This document shows positions 15,350 through 22,113 of a stretch of DNA of 32,000 bases, one piece after another (the first letter of the stretch is position 1; each line of letters begins with the position of its first letter). The stretch covers positions 113,408-145,407 of the forward strand of contig NZ_JAXHCD010000001.1 in NCBI RefSeq assembly GCF_042466345.1, written 5' to 3'. Made by a program: the position numbers and the translations under genes. This stretch comes from Jannaschia sp. R86511. GTDB lineage: Bacteria > Actinomycetota > Actinomycetes > Actinomycetales > JBBAYJ01. The notes beneath the pieces were generated by a model. It was not told the DNA's origin, searched no databases, and saw only the letters and a program-made list of their open reading frames with translations.

Positions 15350-15359
15350 GTGGATCGGC
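15350..15359 (-). promoter_or_regulatory. GCCGATCCAC box upstream of flgB (sigma-28 -10-like; no matching -35)
   Basis: The minus strand reads GCCGATCCAC, a 10-mer identical to the -10 region before fliC. The position 15 nt upstream reads GCCC rather than TCAG/TCAT. Confidence 0.3.
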
Positions 15360-15419
15360 CGTTCGGGTGACCGTGGGCCCGGCCGGGCGCGCCTGCCGGC
15401 GGCCCCGCTGAGAGAACGC

Positions 15420-15830
15420 TCAGAGGGCCTGGTCGACGTACATCGGGCGCGAGTGCGGGTCGGAGGGCACGATCCGCTCGACGACGTCCAGGTGGCGTCG
15501 TGAGCTGGTCATGGCCGTCGCCAGCCGGCCGGCCAGGGCCAGCTGCCGTTCGAGGATGCGCTCGGCGCGCTCGCGCATGCTGTCGGGCAGCGGGTGCGTC
15601 AGGCGGGGTGGGGTCCAGGTCACCGTCGGGGCGGTCTCACCGGGCTCGAGGTGGCTGTCGCGCAGCACGGCCTCGGCCCGCTCGACGTCGAGCTCCAGGT
15701 CGTCCAGGGCCCGCTGCCACGCCCGGTCGAAGTCGTCACCGCTGCTGCGGGGGGCGGGCACGCGCCGGGTCTGCTCGCTGGGGTACCCCGGGTGTCCGGT
15801 CGGGGCGGCCGCGCCGGGTCCGCGGATCAC
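15420..15830 (-). CDS. Uncharacterised 136-aa protein in the fliT position (downstream of fliS)
   Basis: ORF with strong third-position GC bias. Its GTG lies 7 nt after the fliS stop. It is predicted helical and charged (DRAWQRALDDLELDVERAEAVL ... MRERAERILERQLALAGRL). I recognise no family. Confidence 0.6.
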   Translation of the reverse strand: MIRGPGAAAPTGHPGYPSEQTRRVPAPRSSGDDFDRAWQRALDDLELDVERAEAVLRDSHLEPGETAPTVTWTPPRLTHPLPDSMRERAERILERQLALAGRLATAMTSSRRHLDVVERIVPSDPHSRPMYVDQAL

Positions 15831-15837
15831 GAGCGGG

Positions 15838-16320
15838 TCAGCCGACCACGGAGGTGCGCTGCGGCGGCACCGCGGCGTCGCTGAACGGGTCCCGCCGGGT
15901 GGCGACGGCCGGGACCTGGGTGCTGCTCGCGGCCTGGCGCCAGGCGTCCGCCAGCGGCTCGGCGACGCGCCGGCAGGCGGCGGTCCGCTCGGGGTCGTGA
16001 CCCACGTTGGCGCTGACCAGCTCGCTGAGCAGGAACGAGTACACCGACAGCAGGCCGGGTCCGCCGGACCAGGCGTCGACGTCGAGGCTGCTCATCAGCT
16101 CCGACACGATGGCCTGGGCGTGCACGAGCTGCTCCGACGCCGCGGCGTGGCGGCCCGCGCGCTGCTCGGCCTCGCCCCGCTCCATGTCCAGCAGCAGGCG
16201 GTCGAACAGCTTGACCAGCAGCTGCGACGGGCTGGCGGTGCTCAGCGAGTCGTCGGTGAAGCGGCCGAGCCGGGCGGCGGTGGTCCGCGCGCCGGCGAAC
16301 CCGAAGGCGGCGGCGCTCAC
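15838..16320 (-). CDS. fliS: Flagellin-specific chaperone FliS
   Basis: 160-aa ORF with a FliS-like core (SPSQLLVKLFDRLLLDMERG ... HAQAIVSELMSSLD ... LLSVYSFLLSELVSANV). GTG overlaps the fliD stop (GTGA). Confidence 0.85.
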   Translation of the reverse strand: MSAAAFGFAGARTTAARLGRFTDDSLSTASPSQLLVKLFDRLLLDMERGEAEQRAGRHAAASEQLVHAQAIVSELMSSLDVDAWSGGPGLLSVYSFLLSELVSANVGHDPERTAACRRVAEPLADAWRQAASSTQVPAVATRRDPFSDAAVPPQRTSVVG

Positions 16321-17666
16321 GAGCCGTTGCCCAGGTTGGCCTGCAGGCCGGCCAGCTGGCCGGACAGCCAGCTGGACTGCGACTGCAGCTTGCCCAGCGC
16401 GACCTCCAGACCGGTGAACTGGCGCTGCAGGATGGTCCGGCGGACCTCGAGGCGGCGGTCCCAGGAGTCGATGGCCGTCTGCAGGTCCTTGCTGCGCTGC
16501 TCGCGACCCTGCACGGCGCTGGTGATGGTGCCGCTCTCGGCGTTCGTGGCCCGCTCGAGGACGGCCGTGAGCCGGGTGGCCAGCCCGTCCCGGGGGGTGC
16601 TCACCCCGTCGACGGTCGTGGCGGCGGGCGCGATGAACGCCCGGGTGGCCTGCGGGTCCCGGGCGTAGGCGTCGGCGAACGCGGCCTCGTCGAAGACGAG
16701 CCGCCCGGTGCGGGTGGTCTGGATGCCGACCTCGGCCGCGGAGCGCCCGCCGAGGGCGTCGGAGGCGGCGCGCAGCAGGTCGTTGCCGATCGAGCGCACC
16801 ATGGTGTCGGCGGACAGCGGCGCGCGCGTGGTGGCGGCGGGGTCGTTCTTGGTCTGGGTGGCGATCTCGTCCAGGGCCGCGTTGACGGCGTCGACGACGG
16901 CCTTGACCGCGGCCGTGGTCTTGGCCTGGTCCGAGGCGACGGTCACCGTGCTGGGGCCGGTCCCGGTCAGGTTCACGGTGACCCCGGGCAGGATGTCGGC
17001 CACGGTGTTGCTGGCCGAGGTGCCGCGGATGCCGTCGACCTCGTAGACCGCGTCGACGCCGGCGACCGTGGGGTCCATGGCGATCGTCAGGCCGGAGGTG
17101 ACGGCCGCGGGGGTGCCCGCGCCGGTCTCCTTGGCCTGCAGCTGCAGGGTGTAGGTGTCCGCGCCGGTCCGCACCGCGACGGCGGTCAGACCGGTGTCGG
17201 GGGTGTCGTTGATGGCGGCGATGACGTCGGCGAGCGAGCCCGACCGGGGCGTGACGGTGACCTCGACGCCCTTGGCGTTGAGGATCGTCAGCGGGCCGCC
17301 GTCGGTGACGGTGGCGTCCAGGCGGTGGCTCTCGGTCGACCGGGTCCGCGCGGCGGTGGCCAGCGAGAGGACGTCGATCGTCGCCTTGCCGGCCAGGGCC
17401 GACGTGCCGGACGTCGCGGTGAGCGAGGTCCCGGTCACGGTGGACGTCTTGGCGTCCCAGGTGGCGTCCTTGGTCAGGGCCGCGATGGCGGTCTCGGCCG
17501 ACTTGAGCCGGCTGGCGACGACCTGGAACGCGGTGACGCTGCTGGTCTGGTTGCGCAGGGTGGTCTTGAGCTGCTGCTGCGGGATCGCCTCGACCTGCAT
17601 CAGCTGGTTGATCAGGGTGGTCGTGTCGAGGCCGCTGGCGAGGCCGTCGATGCCGAAGGTGCCCAT
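16317..17666 (-). CDS. fliD: Flagellar filament cap protein FliD
   Basis: 449-aa ORF. N-terminus GIDGLASGLDTTTLINQLMQVEAIPQ and C-terminus RLEVRRTILQRQFTGLEVALGKLQSQSSWL. Confidence 0.9.
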   Translation of the reverse strand: MGTFGIDGLASGLDTTTLINQLMQVEAIPQQQLKTTLRNQTSSVTAFQVVASRLKSAETAIAALTKDATWDAKTSTVTGTSLTATSGTSALAGKATIDVLSLATAARTRSTESHRLDATVTDGGPLTILNAKGVEVTVTPRSGSLADVIAAINDTPDTGLTAVAVRTGADTYTLQLQAKETGAGTPAAVTSGLTIAMDPTVAGVDAVYEVDGIRGTSASNTVADILPGVTVNLTGTGPSTVTVASDQAKTTAAVKAVVDAVNAALDEIATQTKNDPAATTRAPLSADTMVRSIGNDLLRAASDALGGRSAAEVGIQTTRTGRLVFDEAAFADAYARDPQATRAFIAPAATTVDGVSTPRDGLATRLTAVLERATNAESGTITSAVQGREQRSKDLQTAIDSWDRRLEVRRTILQRQFTGLEVALGKLQSQSSWLSGQLAGLQANLGNGS

Positions 17667-17715
17667 CGCTGGCGGTCCTCTCTGCTGGTTCGGGTGGGGC
17701 GGGCGGGGTTGGAGC

Positions 17716-17754
17716 CCGACCGCCGGGGACCTGGGTGCGGTCCCCGGCGGTCGG
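17716..17754 (-). terminator. Perfect 16-bp GC hairpin (7-nt loop) about 40 nt downstream of fliC
   Basis: ccgaccgccggggacc-tgggtgc-ggtccccggcggtcgg, with all 16 pairs verified by hand. It lies between the fliC stop (17794) and the fliD start (17666). No U-tract. Confidence 0.55.
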
Positions 17755-17793
17755 TGGTTCAGGTGCTCGTGCTGCTACCGGGGGTTACCGGGA

Positions 17794-18951
17794 TCAGCGC
17801 AGCAGGGACAGGACGCCCTGGGGGGCCTGGTTGGCCTGCGCGAGCATGGCGGTACCGGCCTGCGACAGGATCTGGGACTTGGTGAAGTTGACCATCTCCA
17901 GCGCCATGTCGGTGTCGCGGATGCGGCTCTCGGACGCCGACAGGTTCTCGACGGCGACGTTGAGGTTCTTGATGGTGTGGTCGAAGCGGTTCTGGACCGC
18001 ACCGAGCTCCGCACGGGTGGTGGAGACCGTCTTGATGGCCTCGTCGATCGCCGTGATGGCGCCCTCGGCACCCGTGGCCTGCTTGACCGTCATGACCTCG
18101 GTCGAGTCGGTCGGGGCGGCGGCCTGGGTGACCGTCAGACCGGTGGCGGTGCCGGCCAGGGTGACCGCACCGGTGCCGAACTTGGCGTCCACAGCGGACT
18201 GCAGGTTGGCCAGCTTGGCGGTCTCGTCGTCCCCGGAGGCGTGCTTGACCGAGGACAGGTCGACCGTCTTGCCACCGATGGAGATGCTGCCGCTGAGGCC
18301 GTCGAAGCCCTCGGAGGCGGTCAGGTCGTTGGTGCTGCCGACGGTGTAGACACCGGCGGTGGCGGCCGTCACGTCGGACGCGGTGGTCTCGGTGACGTCC
18401 GAGCCCACGCCCGCGGCGGTCACGTCGACGCCGGCCACGCCGAGCCCGGTGGCGCCCATGGAGGTGCCGACCTTGACGCTGATGCTCTCGCCGACGTTGG
18501 CGCCGACCTGGAACTTGCCGTCGTAGTTGCCGTCGAGCAGCTTGGCGCCGTTGAACTGGGTGGTGTCGGCGATGCGGGACAGCTCGTCCTTCAGCTGCGA
18601 GAGCTCGGACTGGATGTTGCCCTTGGCGTCGGAGGACAGGCCGCCGGAGTTGGCACCCTGGACCGACAGGTCGCGCATGCGCTGCAGGATGGCGTGCGTC
18701 TCGGTGAGCGCACCCTCAGCGGTCTGGACGACGGAGATGCCGTCCTGGGCGTTGCGGACGGCGACCTTCAGGCCACCGACCTGCGAGCGCAGGCCCTCGG
18801 AGATGGCCAGGCCGGCCGCGTCGTCCGCCGCGCGGTTGATGCGGAAGCCGCTGGACAGCTTCTCCAGCGACTTCTCCATGTTGCCCTGGGTGACGGACAG
18901 GTTGCGGTAGGAGTTGAACGCCGCGATGTTGTTGTTGATCTGAAGACCCAT
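17794..18951 (-). CDS. fliC: Flagellin
   Basis: 385-aa ORF with a canonical N-terminus (MGLQINNNIAAFNSYRNL...LSSGFRINRAADDAAGLAISE) and C-terminus (RAELGAVQNRFDHTIKNL...QILSQAGTAMLAQANQAPQGVLSLLR). The RBS is GGAGGA. Confidence 0.95.
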   Translation of the reverse strand: MGLQINNNIAAFNSYRNLSVTQGNMEKSLEKLSSGFRINRAADDAAGLAISEGLRSQVGGLKVAVRNAQDGISVVQTAEGALTETHAILQRMRDLSVQGANSGGLSSDAKGNIQSELSQLKDELSRIADTTQFNGAKLLDGNYDGKFQVGANVGESISVKVGTSMGATGLGVAGVDVTAAGVGSDVTETTASDVTAATAGVYTVGSTNDLTASEGFDGLSGSISIGGKTVDLSSVKHASGDDETAKLANLQSAVDAKFGTGAVTLAGTATGLTVTQAAAPTDSTEVMTVKQATGAEGAITAIDEAIKTVSTTRAELGAVQNRFDHTIKNLNVAVENLSASESRIRDTDMALEMVNFTKSQILSQAGTAMLAQANQAPQGVLSLLR

Positions 18952-19004
18952 GATCTGTGTTCCTCCGTGATGTTGGTGTGGACTCGGCCTTCCGTGGCCA
19001 GGAT

Positions 19005-19034
19005 GTGGATCGGCGGTGCGGGTCAGGACCTGAG
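19005..19034 (-). promoter_or_regulatory. Candidate sigma-28 (FliA/WhiG)-type promoter of fliC
   Basis: Minus strand reads gCTCAG-gtcctgacccgcacc-GCCGATCC-ac, which is TCAG-N15-GCCGATCC. The spacing matches the TAAA-N15-GCCGATAA consensus. It lies about 55 nt upstream of the fliC ATG, between the sigma-gene stop and fliC. Confidence 0.55.
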
Positions 19035-19059
19035 CGTCAGGTCCTCCTCAGGAGCGGTC

Positions 19060-20025
19060 TCACCCGGTCGCAGCAGCACGGGGCGCGACGAGGCCCGTGA
19101 GCACGGCGGAGCCGGCGGCGATGCTGGCCCGGGAGTCGGAGGCGGCGGCGACGGCCGCGGCATAGGCGGCCTCGCGGCGGTTGACCACGCGACCCCCCTG
19201 GACGGGCATGGTGACGGCCGACGCACCGGCCGGGGCGGGTGCCCCCGCGTCCTGCGCCTCGACGGCCTCCAGCGCGGCGCGCAGCAGGGCGACGCCCTCG
19301 GCGCGCAGCTGCGAGACCCGGGACTCGGTGACGCCCAGGCGCACGGCGATGGCGGCCATCGGCTCCTCGTCCAGGTAGTGCCCGCGGACGGCCTCCCGGA
19401 CGCGGTCCGGCAGCAGGTCGACCGCCCGGCGCAGGCGGCCCAGGTGCTCGGCCAGCACGACGTGGTCCTCCGGGGACAGGCCCGGGTCGCGCAGCGAGTC
19501 CTGCACGCTGCGGGCGGAGTCCGGGGCGGCGGCCACCTCCTCCAGGCTGGTCAGGTACGAGCGGTGGGTCTCGGCCCGCACCCGGTGCACCTGGCCGGGG
19601 TCGACGCCCAGGGCGTCGGCGAGCTCGTCGACGCTGGGGGTGCGGCCCAGGGCGGCCGTCAGCGTCTCGGTGGTCTCGGCCGTCTGGCGGGCCCGGGACC
19701 GGGCCCCGCGGCTGGCCCAGTCGACGGCACGCAGCTCGTCGACGATGGCCCCCCGCACGCGGGTGCGGGCGTGGGCGGTGAACGGGACACCGGTCTCGGG
19801 CCGCCACGAGCGCGCGGCCTGCAGCAGACCCTCCACGCCGGCCCCGGCCAGGTCGTCACGGTCCACGTGCGAGGGGACGCGCGACATCACCTCGCCGACG
19901 CAGTGACCGACCAGGGGCAGGTTGGCGACGACGAGGGCGTCGACGTCGACGTCCGTCGGGCTGTGGCTCGGCGTGGTGTCGCGGGCGCCCGGCGGGACCA
20001 GGGCGGCGAAGGGATGGCTCGGCAC
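19060..20025 (-). CDS. fliA: FliA/WhiG (sigma-28) family RNA polymerase sigma factor with a C-terminal tail of about 69 aa
   Basis: This is the C-terminal 321 aa of a 903-aa run-on ORF. Region 2: LVVANLPLVGHCVGEV, GVEGLLQAARSW. Region 3: TPSVDELADALG. Region 4: EPMAAIAVRLGVTESRVSQLRAEGVALLR. The start was set at GTG 20025, the first in-frame start upstream of region 2 that does not invade the flgN promoter. No clear SD, so the start is uncertain. Confidence 0.8.
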   Translation of the reverse strand: MPSHPFAALVPPGARDTTPSHSPTDVDVDALVVANLPLVGHCVGEVMSRVPSHVDRDDLAGAGVEGLLQAARSWRPETGVPFTAHARTRVRGAIVDELRAVDWASRGARSRARQTAETTETLTAALGRTPSVDELADALGVDPGQVHRVRAETHRSYLTSLEEVAAAPDSARSVQDSLRDPGLSPEDHVVLAEHLGRLRRAVDLLPDRVREAVRGHYLDEEPMAAIAVRLGVTESRVSQLRAEGVALLRAALEAVEAQDAGAPAPAGASAVTMPVQGGRVVNRREAAYAAAVAAASDSRASIAAGSAVLTGLVAPRAAATG

Positions 20026-20134
20026 CCGCAGTTCGTCGTCGGGGCCCGGGTGGGCCTTGAGGGGCCGAACGGGGGTACCTGGTGCGCCGAACGGGTGAGC
20101 AGGCCCGCGCGCCTCCTTCGATCGACGGAGTCCC

Positions 20135-20162
20135 CTCAGGTCGCGGGGCCCACCGCCGAACA
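20135..20162 (+). promoter_or_regulatory. Candidate sigma-28-type promoter of flgN-flgK-flgL-fliW
   Basis: Plus strand reads cCTCAG-gtcgcggggcccacc-GCCGAACA. The CTCAGGTC -35 region and N15 spacing are identical to the fliC promoter. It lies about 72 nt upstream of the flgN GTG. Confidence 0.5.
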
Positions 20163-20233
20163 GCACCGGGAACGACGGTGAGGCCGTCGTCGGTCGAGGT
20201 GCGCTCGTCGGAGGCACCGGAGGAGGTGTACAG

Positions 20234-20719
20234 GTGGCACTCGCGGACTTCTGCCGCATCCTGTGGCGCGAACGAGAGCTCCTCGAGCTCCTGCTGTTCA
20301 AGCTGGAGGAGGAACAGCTCGTGCTGGCCTCCGGCCGGGCGCGCTGGCTGGCCCACGCCACCCGTGAGGTCGAGGCGGTCCTGGACCAGATCCGGGACTC
20401 CGAGCGCGTGCGCACCCTGGAGACCGACGTCGTCGCGATGGAGCTGGGGCTGGCCCCCGGACCGTCGCTCATCGCGATCGCCCGCACCGCCCCGGAGCCG
20501 TACGCGGCCATGCTCCTGTCGCACCGCGACGCGTTCCTCACCCTGACCGCGGAGATCACCGAGCTGGCCCAGGCCAACCGCCGGCTGCTGCACGAGGGCA
20601 TGGTCGGGCTCAGCGAGGCCCTGGCCGCCGTCGAGGAGCCGGCCCAGACGTACGGCCCGGCCGCATCCCGCACCCTCCCCCGCCAGAGCGCGGGCCGACT
20701 CGTGGACGAGGCACTCTGA
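20234..20719 (+). CDS. flgN: FlgN-family flagellar chaperone (for FlgK/FlgL)
   Basis: 161-aa helical ORF (LWRERELLELLLFKLEEEQLVLASG ... EITELAQANRRLLHEG). GTG start is preceded by GGAGGAGG. It lies directly upstream of flgK, coupled by TGATG. Confidence 0.7.
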   Translation: MALADFCRILWRERELLELLLFKLEEEQLVLASGRARWLAHATREVEAVLDQIRDSERVRTLETDVVAMELGLAPGPSLIAIARTAPEPYAAMLLSHRDAFLTLTAEITELAQANRRLLHEGMVGLSEALAAVEEPAQTYGPAASRTLPRQSAGRLVDEAL

Positions 20720-22113
20720 TGTCGAGCTTCGCAGGACTGCACACCGCCCTGTCCGGGCTGGTGGCCCAGCGCTACGGCCTGGACACCACCGGCGCGAACG
20801 TGGCCAACGCCAACACGCCGGGCTACTCCCGCCAGCGGGTGGCCATGGACCCGACCAACCCCTCCTCGACCGGTACGGCGCTGTTCTCGCGCTGGGACGG
20901 CCCCGGCACCGGGGTCCGGGTCACCGACCTGCAGCGCGTGACCGACGAGCTGGTCGCCGCGCGGGTCCGCACGGAGCGCTCCACCGCCCAGTTCATGGAC
21001 GTGGACCGCACCGCGTGGGCCCGGCTCGAGGTGTCGCTGGGCGAGCCCGGCGACACGGGGCTCACGTCGCGGCTGTCGACCATGTGGGCGTCGTTCCAGG
21101 ACCTGGGCAACAACCCCGGCAGCGAGGCCGCCCGCACCCAGGTGCTGCAGGCCGCCCGCGGGGTCACCGACTCCCTCGGCGCCAGCGCCGCCGGCGTCGA
21201 GCGGGCGTGGAACGACCAGCACAGCGCGCTGAAGCTCGCCCTGGACGAGGTCAACACCACGTCCGCGGCCGTCGCCGACCTGAACACCGCCATCCGGGAG
21301 GCCACCGCCGGCGGCCAGGCCCCCAACGAGCTGCTCGACCAGCGCGACGCCCTCGTCATCCGGCTCAGCGAGCTGACCGGGGGCCAGGTCCGCGCCGGCG
21401 AGCTCAACACCGTCGACGTCTTCGTGGGCGGCACGGCCGTCGTCCGGGGCGGCCGGGCCACCGAGCTGTCCGTCGGGGCCGGCGGAGCCGGCGATCTGGC
21501 GGCCGTGCGGGCCGGCGGGGCCGTGGGCGTGACCGGCATCGGCGGCAGCGGGGTCGACGTGCCCGGCGGTCGGATCGGTGCCGTCCTGGTCGGGCTCAAC
21601 TCGACCTGGCCCGGGGTGATGGACTCCCTGGACGCGGCCGCCGTCGACGTCGCCACGCAGGTCAACGCCGTCCACGTGACGGGCGCCGGCCTCGACGGGG
21701 TGACCGGTCGCGACTTCTTCACCGGCACCACCGCAGCGGGCCTGACGGTCGCCCTGACCGACACCGACCACGTCGCGGCGGCCGTGCCCGGTGGCGGTGT
21801 CCTGGACGCCACCATCGCCGACCGCCTCGGGGCGATCGGCCAGCAGGCGGGCTCCCCCGACGCCGGCTGGCGGCGGTTCGTGGCCGACGTCGGCGCCCAG
21901 GCGCAGGCGGCGACGCGCCGCTCGACCGCGCAGTCGGTGGTGGTGGGCGACGTCATGGCCGCCCGCGAGGCCGTCTCCGGCGTCGACATCGACGAGGAGC
22001 TCACGAACATGGTCATGTTCCAGCGCGCCTACGAGGGGTCGGCGCGCATGCTGACCGCCGTGGACCAGGCGCTCGACACCCTGATCAACCGCACAGGACT
22101 GGTGGGTCGCTGA
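20719..22113 (+). CDS. flgK: Hook-filament junction protein FlgK (HAP1)
   Basis: 464-aa ORF. N-terminus MSSFAGLHTALSGLVAQRYGLDTTGANVANANTPGYSRQ and C-terminus GVDIDEELTNMVMFQRAYEGSARMLTAVDQALDTLIN. Confidence 0.9.
   Translation: MSSFAGLHTALSGLVAQRYGLDTTGANVANANTPGYSRQRVAMDPTNPSSTGTALFSRWDGPGTGVRVTDLQRVTDELVAARVRTERSTAQFMDVDRTAWARLEVSLGEPGDTGLTSRLSTMWASFQDLGNNPGSEAARTQVLQAARGVTDSLGASAAGVERAWNDQHSALKLALDEVNTTSAAVADLNTAIREATAGGQAPNELLDQRDALVIRLSELTGGQVRAGELNTVDVFVGGTAVVRGGRATELSVGAGGAGDLAAVRAGGAVGVTGIGGSGVDVPGGRIGAVLVGLNSTWPGVMDSLDAAAVDVATQVNAVHVTGAGLDGVTGRDFFTGTTAAGLTVALTDTDHVAAAVPGGGVLDATIADRLGAIGQQAGSPDAGWRRFVADVGAQAQAATRRSTAQSVVVGDVMAAREAVSGVDIDEELTNMVMFQRAYEGSARMLTAVDQALDTLINRTGLVGR

Noticed and set aside
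15420-15830. I tested the 136-aa protein for the RsiG-type c-di-GMP-binding motif E-x3-S-x2-R-x3-Q-x3-D, since RsiG is the anti-sigma of WhiG in Streptomyces.
   Set aside because: Neither helical segment (DRAWQRALDD or DSMRERAERILERQLAL) fits the spacing when aligned by hand. No claim is made.
20082-20546. A 154-aa plus-strand ORF starting in the sigma/flgN intergenic region, considered as the missing FlgM.
   Set aside because: It overlaps flgN out of frame for most of its length. It is Ser/Arg/Cys/Trp-rich with no FlgM-like C-terminal amphipathic helices. It has no RBS.
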